This document shows positions 1 through 10,558 of a stretch of DNA of 64,000 nucleotides, piece by piece (the first letter of the stretch is position 1; every line of letters begins with the position of its first letter). The notes under the pieces are model-generated. The model had not been told where the DNA came from. It searched no databases and saw only the letters and a program-made list of their open reading frames with translations. Position numbers and translations under genes: made by a program. The stretch lies in the NCBI RefSeq assembly GCF_000006765.1, contig NC_002516.2; one strand, written 5' to 3'. Origin of the DNA: Pseudomonas aeruginosa PAO1 (lineage in GTDB: Bacteria > Pseudomonadota > Gammaproteobacteria > Pseudomonadales > Pseudomonadaceae).

Positions 1-543
1 AAGGCACTGGATGCTTTCGAAGAACGCTTCTGGTCGGGCATCGACCTGTCCAAGCTGTACCGCCAGGCCGGTAGCAATCCGGACCCGGACTCCGGCGTCG
101 AGCAGATCTTCCGTGCCGGCTTCAAGGAGTTTTCCCGTCTGCGCCAGCAGCCCGGCGTCGATCCCGATGCGGTGATGGAGGGCGTGGCGCGCGCCATGCG
201 TGTGGCCATCTCCCGTGAGGAGGAGAAACTCGAAGCCAGCCTGCCATTCCTGGCAACCGTCGGTTCCACCAGCCCGTACGTCGGCCTGTTCGGTACCGTC
301 TGGGGTATCATGAACTCCTTCCGTGGCCTGGCCACCGTGCAGCAGGCAACCCTGGCCACCGTCGCCCCGGGTATCGCCGAAGCGCTGATCGCTACCGCCA
401 TCGGCCTGTTCGCCGCGATCCCGGCGGTCATCGCCTACAACCGCTTCTCCGCACGTTCTGAGATGCTGATCGGTCGTTACTACACCTTCGCCGACGAGTT
501 CCAGGCCATCCTGCACCGCAAGGTGCACACCAGCGACGACTAA
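1..543 (+). CDS. tolQ: TolQ, 5' end outside the window
   Basis: Frame open from base 1 ([16 protein letters not shown]...); MotA/TolQ/ExbB motif [19 protein letters not shown]; directly upstream of tolR. Confidence 0.96.
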   Translation, partial: KALDAFEERFWSGIDLSKLYRQAGSNPDPDSGVEQIFRAGFKEFSRLRQQPGVDPDAVMEGVARAMRVAISREEEKLEASLPFLATVGSTSPYVGLFGTVWGIMNSFRGLATVQQATLATVAPGIAEALIATAIGLFAAIPAVIAYNRFSARSEMLIGRYYTFADEFQAILHRKVHTSDD

Positions 544-565
544 GACGACTGAGAGGTAAGCCGAT

Positions 566-1006
566 ATGGCAAGGGTTCGTCACAAGCGCAAGCCGGTCGC
601 GGAAATGAACGTGGTGCCTTACATCGACGTGATGCTGGTACTGCTGGTGATTTTCATGGTGACCGCACCGATGCTTAACCAGGGGGTCAAGGTCGACCTG
701 CCGAAGGTGTCCAGCGAGGCGTTGCCTCAGGACAACAACAAGCAGGTCCTGACCCTTTCGGTGAAGGCCGACGGTTCCTATTACTGGAACGTCGGCAGCG
801 AAGTGGATACTGAAAAACAGACCGATAGTGCCGTGTCGTTGGAACAGATGACCGATGCAGTCACCAAGATCATGAGTGCCCGTCCGGACACCCAGGTATT
901 CATCCGCGGCGACAAGGCGGTGAACTATGGTGCGGTGGTTGGCGCCATGGGTGCCTTGCAGCAGGCCGGTGTGCCCAACGTCGGGTTGATTACCGAGGCC
1001 CCCTGA
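566..1006 (+). CDS. tolR: TolR (ExbD/TolR family)
   Basis: AEMNVVPYIDVMLVLLVIFMVTAP transmembrane signature; position in the tol operon. Confidence 0.97.
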   Translation: MARVRHKRKPVAEMNVVPYIDVMLVLLVIFMVTAPMLNQGVKVDLPKVSSEALPQDNNKQVLTLSVKADGSYYWNVGSEVDTEKQTDSAVSLEQMTDAVTKIMSARPDTQVFIRGDKAVNYGAVVGAMGALQQAGVPNVGLITEAP

Positions 1007-1008
1007 TC

Positions 1009-2052
1009 TTGAAGCAACAGTTCGAACGCTCGCCTTCCGAGAGTTATTTCTGGCCCGTCGTCCTGGCGGTGGTCCTGCACGTTCTGATCTTCGCCATGCT
1101 GTTCGTCAGCTGGGCGTTTGCTCCGGAGCTTCCTCCCTCCAAGCCGATCGTGCAGGCCACGCTCTACCAGCTCAAGTCGAAGAGCCAGGCGACGACACAG
1201 ACCAACCAGAAGATCGCTGGCGAGGCGAAGAAGACCGCCTCCAAGCAATACGAAGTCGAGCAGCTCGAACAGAAGAAGCTCGAGCAGCAGAAACTCGAGC
1301 AACAAAAGCTGGAACAGCAGCAGGTCGCTGCTGCGAAAGCGGCGGAACAAAAGAAGGCTGACGAGGCTCGAAAGGCCGAGGCCCAGAAAGCCGCCGAGGC
1401 GAAAAAGGCCGATGAAGCCAAGAAAGCTGCCGAGGCCAAGGCCGCCGAACAGAAGAAGCAGGCTGACATAGCCAAGAAGCGCGCCGAGGACGAGGCCAAG
1501 AAAAAGGCCGCTGAGGACGCCAAGAAAAAGGCAGCCGAGGACGCGAAGAAGAAAGCGGCCGAGGAGGCCAAGAAGAAGGCTGCTGCGGAAGCGGCGAAGA
1601 AGAAAGCCGCCGTCGAGGCCGCCAAGAAAAAGGCCGCCGCCGCTGCCGCGGCAGCCCGCAAGGCTGCCGAGGACAAGAAGGCGCGGGCATTGGCCGAGTT
1701 GCTTTCGGATACGACCGAGCGCCAGCAGGCCCTGGCCGACGAGGTGGGCAGCGAGGTCACCGGCAGTCTCGACGACCTGATCGTCAACCTGGTGAGCCAG
1801 CAGTGGCGGCGTCCTCCATCGGCGCGTAATGGAATGAGCGTAGAAGTACTGATCGAAATGCTGCCGGACGGTACCATCACCAATGCCAGCGTCAGCCGTT
1901 CGAGTGGCGACAAGCCTTTCGACAGTTCGGCGGTGGCGGCGGTGCGCAACGTCGGCCGTATTCCCGAGATGCAGCAATTGCCGCGGGCTACCTTCGACAG
2001 CCTGTATCGTCAGCGCCGCATCATCTTTAAACCGGAGGATTTGAGTCTGTGA
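1009..2052 (+). CDS. tolA: TolA
   Basis: N-terminal TM helix, Lys/Ala-rich helical repeats (AKKKAAED), TonB/TolA C-terminal domain; TTG start. Confidence 0.96.
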   Translation: MKQQFERSPSESYFWPVVLAVVLHVLIFAMLFVSWAFAPELPPSKPIVQATLYQLKSKSQATTQTNQKIAGEAKKTASKQYEVEQLEQKKLEQQKLEQQKLEQQQVAAAKAAEQKKADEARKAEAQKAAEAKKADEAKKAAEAKAAEQKKQADIAKKRAEDEAKKKAAEDAKKKAAEDAKKKAAEEAKKKAAAEAAKKKAAVEAAKKKAAAAAAAARKAAEDKKARALAELLSDTTERQQALADEVGSEVTGSLDDLIVNLVSQQWRRPPSARNGMSVEVLIEMLPDGTITNASVSRSSGDKPFDSSAVAAVRNVGRIPEMQQLPRATFDSLYRQRRIIFKPEDLSL

Positions 2053-3347
2053 GTACCCTGATTCGCATTGCGCTGTTCGCCCTGGCCCTGATGGCAGGTG
2101 CTGCGCAGGCTGCCGACCCGCTGGTGATCTCCAGCGGTAACGACCGTGCCATTCCCATCGCCGTGGTGCCGTTCGGCTTCCAGGGGGGCAACGTGTTGCC
2201 GGAAGACATGTCCAATATCATCGGCAACGACCTGCGCAACTCCGGCTACTTCGAGCCGCTGCCCCGGCAGAACATGATCAGCCAGCCGGCGCAGGCCAGC
2301 GAAGTGATCTTCCGTGACTGGAAGGCAGTTGGCGTCAACTACGTGATGGTCGGCAACATCGTGCCTGCCGGCGGACGCCTGCAGGTGCAGTACGCATTGT
2401 TCGATGTCGGCACCGAGCAGCAGGTCCTGACCGGCAGCGTGACCGGCAGCACCGATCAGCTCCGCGACATGTCGCACTACATCGCCGACCAGTCGTTCGA
2501 GAAGCTCACCGGTATCAAGGGCGCGTTCTCCACCAAGATGCTCTATGTCACCGCCGAGCGTTTCTCGGTCGACAACACCCGCTACACCTTGCAGCGCTCC
2601 GACTACGACGGCGCCCGCCCGGTGACCCTGCTGCAGTCGCGCGAGCCCATCGTGTCGCCGCGCTTCTCGCCCGATGGCCGCCGTATCGCCTATGTCTCCT
2701 TCGAACAGAAGCGCCCGCGTATCTTCATCCAGTACGTCGATACTGGCCGTCGTGAGCAGATCACCAATTTCGAGGGCCTGAATGGCGCTCCGGCATTCTC
2801 CCCTGACGGCAACCGCCTGGCCTTCGTCCTGTCGCGCGACGGCAACCCGGAAATCTACGTCATGGACCTTGGCAGCCGCGCCCTGCGCCGCCTGACCAAC
2901 AACCTGGCGATCGATACCGAACCCTTCTGGGGCAAGGACGGCTCTACCCTGTACTTCACCTCGGACCGTGGCGGCAAGCCGCAGATCTACAAAATGAACG
3001 TGAACAGCGGTGCCGTGGACCGGGTAACCTTCATCGGCAACTACAACGCCAACCCGAAACTCTCGGCCGACGAGAAGACCCTGGTAATGGTCCACCGCCA
3101 GCAGGGCTACACCAACTTCCAGATCGCCGCCCAGGACCTCCAGCGCGGCAATCTGCGGGTGCTGTCGAACACCACTCTGGACGATTCGCCCACTGTTGCG
3201 CCCAATGGCACCATGCTAATCTACGCCACCCGCCAGCAGGACCGGGGCGTGCTGATGCTCGTATCCATCAACGGACGCGTACGGATACCTCTCCCTACCG
3301 CTCAGGGCGATGTGCGCGAGCCTTCCTGGTCCCCTTACCTGAACTGA
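2049..3347 (+). CDS. tolB: TolB periplasmic beta-propeller
   Basis: Signal peptide and repeated PD40 motifs ([16 protein letters not shown]). Confidence 0.97.
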   Translation: MSTLIRIALFALALMAGAAQAADPLVISSGNDRAIPIAVVPFGFQGGNVLPEDMSNIIGNDLRNSGYFEPLPRQNMISQPAQASEVIFRDWKAVGVNYVMVGNIVPAGGRLQVQYALFDVGTEQQVLTGSVTGSTDQLRDMSHYIADQSFEKLTGIKGAFSTKMLYVTAERFSVDNTRYTLQRSDYDGARPVTLLQSREPIVSPRFSPDGRRIAYVSFEQKRPRIFIQYVDTGRREQITNFEGLNGAPAFSPDGNRLAFVLSRDGNPEIYVMDLGSRALRRLTNNLAIDTEPFWGKDGSTLYFTSDRGGKPQIYKMNVNSGAVDRVTFIGNYNANPKLSADEKTLVMVHRQQGYTNFQIAAQDLQRGNLRVLSNTTLDDSPTVAPNGTMLIYATRQQDRGVLMLVSINGRVRIPLPTAQGDVREPSWSPYLN

Positions 3348-3396
3348 CGGTCGCCAACGGTTACAAACTTATACACTGGGGTTCATTAGGAGTTAC

Positions 3397-3906
3397 ATGA
3401 TGGAAATGCTGAAATTCGGCAAATTTGCTGCGCTGGCTCTGGCCATGGCTGTGGCTGTGGGTTGCTCCTCCAAGGGCGGCGATGCTTCCGGTGAAGGTGC
3501 CAATGGCGGCGTCGACCCGAACGCAGGCTATGGCGCCAACAGCGGTGCCGTTGACGGCAGCCTGAGCGACGAAGCCGCTCTGCGTGCGATCACCACCTTC
3601 TACTTCGAGTACGACAGCTCCGACCTGAAGCCGGAAGCCATGCGCGCTCTGGACGTACACGCGAAAGACCTGAAAGGCAGCGGTCAGCGCGTAGTGCTGG
3701 AAGGCCACACCGACGAACGCGGCACCCGCGAGTACAATATGGCTCTGGGCGAGCGTCGTGCCAAGGCCGTTCAGCGCTACCTGGTGCTGCAGGGTGTTTC
3801 GCCGGCCCAGCTGGAACTGGTTTCCTATGGTAAAGAGCGTCCGGTCGCTACCGGCCACGACGAGCAGTCCTGGGCTCAGAACCGTCGCGTCGAGCTGAAG
3901 AAGTAA
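3397..3906 (+). CDS. oprL: Peptidoglycan-associated lipoprotein OprL/Pal (ATG at 3397 or 3400)
   Basis: Lipobox VAVGC; OmpA-like domain [20 protein letters not shown]. Confidence 0.97.
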   Translation: MMEMLKFGKFAALALAMAVAVGCSSKGGDASGEGANGGVDPNAGYGANSGAVDGSLSDEAALRAITTFYFEYDSSDLKPEAMRALDVHAKDLKGSGQRVVLEGHTDERGTREYNMALGERRAKAVQRYLVLQGVSPAQLELVSYGKERPVATGHDEQSWAQNRRVELKK

Positions 3907-3915
3907 GAAGTCGTT

Positions 3916-4740
3916 ATGCCCAAGCACCTGCGTGTCCTGACGTTCCTCGCGCTCAGCCTGCCATTAGCGGCCTGGGCGGAAGTTCCTGTGTATGACGGCG
4001 TTGCCGCCAACAATGGCGGCAACGTTCCTCCTTCCGGGTATGGCACGGCAGGTGCCGGCGGCGCCTTTGCCGGAGGTGGGGTGACAACCCCCACCTCCGT
4101 GCAGGGCGAACTGTTCATGCAGCTCCAGCAGATGCAGGACGAGTTGGCTCGCCTGCGTGGCACGCTCGAGGAGCAGCAGAACCAGATCCAGCAGCTCAAG
4201 CAGGAAAGCCTGGAACGCTACCAGGACCTCGACCGTCGGATTTCCGGTGGTGGCGCTCCCGCTGCACAGAATTCCGCACCCGCTGGCGCCATCAACGCCA
4301 ATGGGGCGCCTGCGGCTCCCGCAGGTAACAACGCACCGGCGCCGAGCAGCGAGCCGGGCGACCCGGCGAAGGAGAAGCTCTACTACGATGCGGCCTTCGA
4401 CCTGATAAAGAGCAAGGATTTCGACAAGGCGAGCCAGGCGTTCAATGCCTTCTTGCGCAAGTACCCGAACAGCCAGTACTCCGGCAACGCCCAGTACTGG
4501 CTCGGCGAGGTGAACCTGGCCAAGGGCGACCTGCAAGGTGCCGGCCAGGCCTTCGCGCGGGTCAGCCAGAGCTACCCCAGCAGCCAGAAGGTGCCCGACT
4601 CTCTGTACAAGCTGGCGGACGTCGAGCGTCGCCTGGGTAACAACGACAAGGCCAAGGGTATCCTCCAGCAGGTCATTTCCCAGTACCCAGGCACTTCGGC
4701 CGCTCAACTGGCGCAGCGCGATCTCAAGAACCTTCGCTGA
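3916..4740 (+). CDS. cpoB: Tol-Pal protein CpoB/YbgF (coiled coil plus TPR)
   Basis: Signal peptide, coiled coil, TPR segment NAQYWLGEV; follows pal. Confidence 0.93.
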   Translation: MPKHLRVLTFLALSLPLAAWAEVPVYDGVAANNGGNVPPSGYGTAGAGGAFAGGGVTTPTSVQGELFMQLQQMQDELARLRGTLEEQQNQIQQLKQESLERYQDLDRRISGGGAPAAQNSAPAGAINANGAPAAPAGNNAPAPSSEPGDPAKEKLYYDAAFDLIKSKDFDKASQAFNAFLRKYPNSQYSGNAQYWLGEVNLAKGDLQGAGQAFARVSQSYPSSQKVPDSLYKLADVERRLGNNDKAKGILQQVISQYPGTSAAQLAQRDLKNLR

Positions 4741-4757
4741 TCCCGTTCCCGATGAAC

Positions 4758-4783
4758 AAACCCGCGCCTGTCGCGGGTTTTTT
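4758..4783 (+). terminator. Rho-independent terminator of the tol-pal operon
   Basis: AAACCCGCG-cctgt-CGCGGGTTT followed by a T run. Confidence 0.85.
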
Positions 4784-4958
4784 CGTTAGAATCGGCGCCC
4801 CGTGAAGCTGCATGGTTTCAGCTCGGCTGATCTTCGTGCCTCTCCACGCGAGACCTTCCGGGATTTCGAGCGCCACGACAGGATACGTCCCGTGGCGCTC
4901 CTTCATTTACCGCAACGGAGGCGGACGACCTGTTCAGTCGTCACGCCCGTGGCTGAAT

Positions 4959-5606
4959 ATGCAACAGACCCTGCGCATCACCGAGATTTTCTACTCGTTG
5001 CAGGGGGAAACACGTACCGCCGGCTTGCCGACGGTCTTCGTGCGCCTGACCGGCTGCCCCTTGCGCTGTCACTATTGCGATACCGCCTATGCCTTCAGCG
5101 GCGGCGACGTCGTTAGCCTGGACGCCATTTTCGAGCGGGTTGCCGCCTACAAGCCCCGCTACATCTGCGTGACCGGCGGGGAGCCGCTGGCCCAGCCGAA
5201 TTGCATCTCTCTGCTGGAACGGCTCTGCGACGCCGGCTACGAAGTTTCCCTGGAAACCAGCGGGGCTCTCGACGTGTCACGGGTCGACCCGCGCGTAAGC
5301 AAGGTTCTCGACCTCAAGACGCCGGGATCTGGCGAGGTCGGACGCAACCGATACGAAAATATCCCGTTGCTGACCGACAACGATCAGGTGAAGTTCGTCG
5401 TCTGTTCGCGAGAGGACTACGACTGGGCGGTATCCAAGCTGATCGAGTACCGCCTCGACCAGCGTGCCGGTGAAGTCCTGTTCTCGCCGAGCCACCATCA
5501 GGTCAGCGCGCGAGAACTGGCCGATTGGATCGTGGCCGACAACCTGCCGGTCCGCCTGCAATTGCAACTGCACAAGATTCTCTGGAACGACGAACCGGGC
5601 CATTGA
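4959..5606 (+). CDS. queE: 7-carboxy-7-deazaguanine synthase QueE (radical SAM); probable start ATG 4959 rather than 4812
   Basis: LRITEIFYSLQGE N-terminus and CxxxCxxC motif (CPLRCHYC); adjacent to queC. Confidence 0.92.
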   Translation: MQQTLRITEIFYSLQGETRTAGLPTVFVRLTGCPLRCHYCDTAYAFSGGDVVSLDAIFERVAAYKPRYICVTGGEPLAQPNCISLLERLCDAGYEVSLETSGALDVSRVDPRVSKVLDLKTPGSGEVGRNRYENIPLLTDNDQVKFVVCSREDYDWAVSKLIEYRLDQRAGEVLFSPSHHQVSARELADWIVADNLPVRLQLQLHKILWNDEPGH

Positions 5607-5621
5607 GACGAGGAATTCATC

Positions 5622-6296
5622 ATGAACCAGAAGAAAGCGGTCATCCTGCTCTCCGGCGGCCTCGACTCCGCCACCGTTGTCGCCATGGCCAAGGCCGACG
5701 GCTACGCCTGCTACACCATGAGTTTCGACTACGGCCAGCGCCATCGCGCCGAGCTGCAGGCCGCCGAGCGCGTGGCCCGGCAGTTGGGCGTGATCGAGCA
5801 CAAGGTGATAGGGCTCGACCTCAATGGCATGGGCGGCTCGGCATTGACCGACGAGAGCATCGCGGTGCCCGAGTCGCCTAGCGAAGGTATACCGGTGACT
5901 TACGTGCCGGCGCGCAATACGGTGTTCCTCTCGCTCGCCCTGGGCTGGGCCGAGGTCCTGGATGCCCGTGACATCTTCATCGGTGTGAATGCGGTGGATT
6001 ACTCTGGTTATCCGGATTGTCGCCCTGAATTCGTCGAGGCTTTCGAGCGCATGGCGAACCTGGCAACCAAGGCGGGCGTGGAAGGCAATGGCTTCCGCAT
6101 CCAGGCGCCGCTGCAGTATCTGTCCAAGGCGCAGATCATCCAGGCGGGCGTGGCGCGCGGGGTGGATTACGGCCTGACGGTGTCCTGTTATCAAGCCGAT
6201 GAGCAGGGACGTGCGTGCGGCAAATGCGATAGCTGCCGGCTGCGTGCGGATGGCTTCGCGGCGGCTGGTATTTCCGACCCGACGCCATATTTCTGA
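5622..6296 (+). CDS. queC: 7-cyano-7-deazaguanine synthase QueC
   Basis: SGGLDS motif, YVPARN, C-terminal CGKCDSC zinc site. Confidence 0.96.
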   Translation: MNQKKAVILLSGGLDSATVVAMAKADGYACYTMSFDYGQRHRAELQAAERVARQLGVIEHKVIGLDLNGMGGSALTDESIAVPESPSEGIPVTYVPARNTVFLSLALGWAEVLDARDIFIGVNAVDYSGYPDCRPEFVEAFERMANLATKAGVEGNGFRIQAPLQYLSKAQIIQAGVARGVDYGLTVSCYQADEQGRACGKCDSCRLRADGFAAAGISDPTPYF

Positions 6297-6315
6297 AAAA
6301 AATTCACGAGGGGTG

Positions 6316-6343
6316 TTGTTTTTACGTTAGAAATCAGTATTAT
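6316..6343 (+). promoter_or_regulatory. sigma70-type promoter of tRNA-Lys
   Basis: TTGTTT-N16-TATTAT followed by a GC-rich discriminator, 12 nt before the tRNA. Confidence 0.6.
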
Positions 6344-6355
6344 ACGCCTCGCGTT

Positions 6356-6431
6356 GGGTCGTTAGCTCAGTCGGTAGAGCAGTTGGCTTTTAACCAATTG
6401 GTCGTAGGTTCGAATCCTACACGACCCACCA
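6356..6431 (+). tRNA. tRNA-Lys(TTT)
   Basis: 76-nt cloverleaf; anticodon arm GTTGG-ctTTTaa-CCAAT; T-loop GTTCGAATC; encoded CCA. Confidence 0.98.
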
Positions 6432-6509
6432 TTTTCTGAGGGGCGAGTTGCGTAGGTCTAGGAAGGGGGTGTTGCACCGTTCTAGCCTTGCAGCCGTCTG
6501 GGCCGAACA

Positions 6510-6833
6510 TTAGGCCCGCATTGACGTGATGTCAATATGGAATAGCCCGCCTTTATAGGTGGGCTTTTCTGTTTCTAAGGCCCTGAAACCATTCTGCAGG
6601 CGTAGCAATGCGCTCCCGACGTAATCAGCGATTACAGAGGGTACTTTGGTATTGGCCTTGAAATTGCCCGGCTCTGCCAGCATGCCGGCGCTGGAATCCA
6701 GGCGCTCTCGGTAATTCCAGATTTTTCCTACAGGCCTAGCGATCTGCTGGGAGGCGCGGCTACCTTTCGTCCGGTAGCCGGCCCTCAGTACCGGTATCGC
6801 TAGGCGAGATTGCTTCGGGCGGCAGATCCCCAT
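6510..6833 (-). CDS. Hypothetical ORF (PA0977-like); may not be a real gene
   Basis: 107-aa ORF with no recognisable domain; overlaps the integrase 3' end and the structured tRNA trailer. Confidence 0.35.
   Translation of the reverse strand: MGICRPKQSRLAIPVLRAGYRTKGSRASQQIARPVGKIWNYRERLDSSAGMLAEPGNFKANTKVPSVIADYVGSALLRLQNGFRALETEKPTYKGGLFHIDITSMRA
6544..6575 (+). terminator. Island-borne terminator downstream of tRNA-Lys
   Basis: AGCCCGCC-tttata-GGTGGGCT followed by TTTCTGTTT. Confidence 0.8.
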
Positions 6834-7198
6834 CCGCCTGATCCGCCTGATCCGCTTGTTGCAGCGGGAGCCGCGGATGCCGAGGCGGCACGGTTCGATA
6901 AGTGTTGAGCCATCAGAGTGAACAGCACGCTTTGCTCGAAGGTGTCAGGTGGCTGTGGTAGCGCTTCTGCTTCCCACGCGGTTGGACCTCCCTGAATGCC
7001 TTTCCCTGGTGTGTGCTCTCTTGGTTCAGCAAGCTCTGTCCAGGCCTCCGCTGGCGGTACTTCACCCACTCGAGCGAGAGGTTGCCCGCATGGCTTCGGT
7101 TTGGCAGAGGCCTGCGGGGAGCCGCTGTAATCCACCTTCCTGACGTTCTCCAGCGCGCCTTGGGCCAGGCTTCTAGCATGTAGCACGGCACGCATGTC
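6800..7198 (-). pseudogene. 3' remnant of the pKLC102/PAPI-type XerC-like tyrosine integrase
   Basis: MRAVLHARSLAQGALENVRKVDYSG...GWGSAARSNLA matches my recollection of the ICE integrase C-terminal tail; position next to att; frame is cut at the IS end at 7199. Confidence 0.7.
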
Positions 7199-7206
7199 TG
7201 TAGTGG

Positions 7207-8400
<1,194 letters not shown>

Positions 8401-8591
8401 CTAAATCGGTGTCCGGGATCAGTAGACCACTACACTGCCGAAACAGTTATTTTTGTTGCTAAGAGGCAGGAAGGCTGCGCTGAGATTCCTACTAGTGAAT
8501 TAGATAGTTGTTGTCTTCTGAAACAGAACTGAAGCGAAATTGGGGGTAGGGTTTTTCTAGGTGAAGGGTAACTATTTAGAATTACAAAGGT

Positions 8592-8885
8592 GTGACGCAA
8601 ATGTTGTATTTTTCTTGCGGTATGAAGATGGGTGGTTGGGTCGGATATAGGTACTTCTCTCTATTTTCTTTAATTGCTCTTATCTATGGGTGTGTCGGTG
8701 CTGGAGGTGGATCGGATGAGATTGGGCAGCACTGCTTTGAGAGAGAGCAAAAGCTTTCCGGAGTTAATGATAATGAAGAGGGGAGTGTGAGGTTGAATCG
8801 GCTGAACTGCGATCCAATTGAAGGTCGTGTTCTTGAATCAGAGAAGCTGATACGAAAGCCGCCCAATGAGCTGGGTATTCACTGA
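8592..8885 (+). CDS. Small exported or lipoprotein-like hypothetical protein (PA0980-like); start uncertain
   Basis: Hydrophobic stretch ending LIALIYGC; one further Cys pair; AT-rich. Confidence 0.6.
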   Translation: MTQMLYFSCGMKMGGWVGYRYFSLFSLIALIYGCVGAGGGSDEIGQHCFEREQKLSGVNDNEEGSVRLNRLNCDPIEGRVLESEKLIRKPPNELGIH

Positions 8886-8914
8886 ATGAATAATTTTAGC
8901 CTGGAGAGGTCTTT

Positions 8915-9544
8915 TTGAAAATGAAAAAATCACTTGTTATGTCGACTGTACTTTTGGTGGCTAGCAATTTCGCGTGTGCTGATGAGGGCTCAAATGATGG
9001 AAGTGAGATATGTCGGGCGCAGGGTGGAGTTGAAATAACAAGTCTGGGGGAAGTCTCAAAGGGTGTGGATGTTGAAGATGTTGTAGTTTGTTCGATTCTT
9101 CCAAGTAATATGAAGTCGAGTCAAAGAGCGCCTACACTCCCTCCTCTGCAAAGGATGATCATTTCGGCAATGCCTTCACCAGGAACGGTCACTGTTTCTG
9201 CCAGCGGAGATAGGAAGTTCACAACATCTTGCCGGGCAAATCTTTATGCTCCACGTTATGCCAATTTCTATCCAGACGGTGTTAGCAGGGGAACATCAGA
9301 TCTACGATGTGTTGGTTACAATACACCCGGGAATTCATCTCAAGGGTGTAATGTGTCATGGGTCGGCCCGACCGACATTCAATTGGGTGTTGAGCCATAT
9401 GGCGGATCTGTTGTTGTAAACTATAGTTGCACTGCATTCAAAACAACGATTCCAGTGATAATGAGCTACAGTTATCGTGATGGGCGGGCAGTGTATGGTG
9501 AGGTCCAGAATGTGTCAGGAATAATAAATGTGGTTTTAAACTAA
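8915..9544 (+). CDS. Secreted Cys-rich hypothetical protein (PA0981-like)
   Basis: Signal peptide, RBS GGAGAGG, beta-rich composition, low GC. Confidence 0.75.
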   Translation: MKMKKSLVMSTVLLVASNFACADEGSNDGSEICRAQGGVEITSLGEVSKGVDVEDVVVCSILPSNMKSSQRAPTLPPLQRMIISAMPSPGTVTVSASGDRKFTTSCRANLYAPRYANFYPDGVSRGTSDLRCVGYNTPGNSSQGCNVSWVGPTDIQLGVEPYGGSVVVNYSCTAFKTTIPVIMSYSYRDGRAVYGEVQNVSGIINVVLN

Positions 9545-9595
9545 GGATGCGCCTTAGTAGGCTTATATTTCAAGGTGTTCAGCTTGTGAATGTGC

Positions 9596-9623
9596 TGCAG
9601 GGCACTCTATAGAGTGCCCTGCA
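9596..9623. repeat. 28-bp perfect palindrome, probable bidirectional terminator
   Basis: TGCAGGGCACTCTATAGAGTGCCCTGCA between convergent ORFs. Confidence 0.8.
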
Positions 9624-9649
9624 TAGGCTGGAAGTCGTTTGGCTGAGGG

Positions 9650-9970
9650 CTAGTCTTTCGAGTTCGATATGGCACGTTGATGAAGGCTGGTAAAAAGTCC
9701 TGTCTGTGTGGGTGGCAGGCGAGTGGCGCGTTCAGACGCTAATGTGGAGTTCAAGGTAGGGTTCCGACGCCGAGGATCCTGTTTGGGTGGAGTCATTTGC
9801 TGAGCCATGCAGTTGTAAGACAGGCTACGTGCTCCATTGACTTGGACCTCGATACACGAAGATTCAGATTGTTCATCCGAGTGTGACTCTGCGGGCGGGG
9901 AGGCAACAGCCTGCTGTGCCAAACCAACTATAGGCAACAAGAATATAATTCGAAGAATTTTAATAAACAT
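9650..9970 (-). CDS. Small secreted hypothetical protein with one Cys pair
   Basis: Clear signal peptide (MFIKILRIIFLLPIVGLAQQAVA); upstream AAGGAG RBS. Confidence 0.7.
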   Translation of the reverse strand: MFIKILRIIFLLPIVGLAQQAVASPPAESHSDEQSESSCIEVQVNGARSLSYNCMAQQMTPPKQDPRRRNPTLNSTLASERATRLPPTQTGLFTSLHQRAISNSKD

Positions 9971-10327
9971 ACCAATCTCCTTAAACCTGAGGGTTGGATG
10001 AGATTCAATAGTAACCTCAAGTTATGAGGAAAGATGAACCGCCTATCGTTTTGTAGTCTTGGTTAGGTCAGGCACGCGCTAGTGAGTAGTACCAAGAGTA
10101 AGCCGATAGCCAGGGGCGTGGTGGCCCATTTGGGGAAGCGATGAAGAGGTGCGGGCTTGTACCGGTTCGAGGAAGGAATAGACAGCAGACAGGATCGCTT
10201 GCGATGGGGCAGCAGGAAACCATCAGCCCGTCCGTATCCAGAACTGCTGCTTGCAGCGTTAGGGGTGACTCCCTCATGTCCTAGAGGGAATAATCCCTGT
10301 ATGGGAGTGGCTAACTGATATTAAGGA

Positions 10328-10558
10328 GTGGTCGAAGTCATGGAACGCTTGCTCGAGAGCATTTACATCAATGCCCGGCCGGCTATGGAGTTGAGGCTTA
10401 GCCTCACCAGCTCCGGCCGCAAGAGAATTGTAAAGGTTGTGGATGGGGAGGAGGTCGAGGTTCTGTCAGGTGAAGTGCAGGGCATCCTGGAGGCCCAAAA
10501 GAGGGATGTTGGAATCCTCGCCGATTTCTTAGCCAAGAGTCTCTTGGCGCGACGCTAG
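10328..10558 (+). CDS. Small ICE-associated hypothetical protein (start 10328 GTG or 10340 ATG)
   Basis: AAGGAG upstream; natural-looking composition; stop overlaps the DsbA stop. Confidence 0.55.
   Translation: MVEVMERLLESIYINARPAMELRLSLTSSGRKRIVKVVDGEEVEVLSGEVQGILEAQKRDVGILADFLAKSLLARR

Noticed and set aside
925-1977. Long antisense and off-frame ORFs over tolA
   Set aside because: Artefacts of the low-complexity Lys/Ala repeats and high GC; no independent RBS or motifs.
4812-4958. 49-aa N-terminal extension of QueE
   Set aside because: Runs through a structured leader; family homology starts at MQQTLRITEIF.
10068-10277. 69-aa minus-strand ORF in the island
   Set aside because: No motif, RBS or compositional support.
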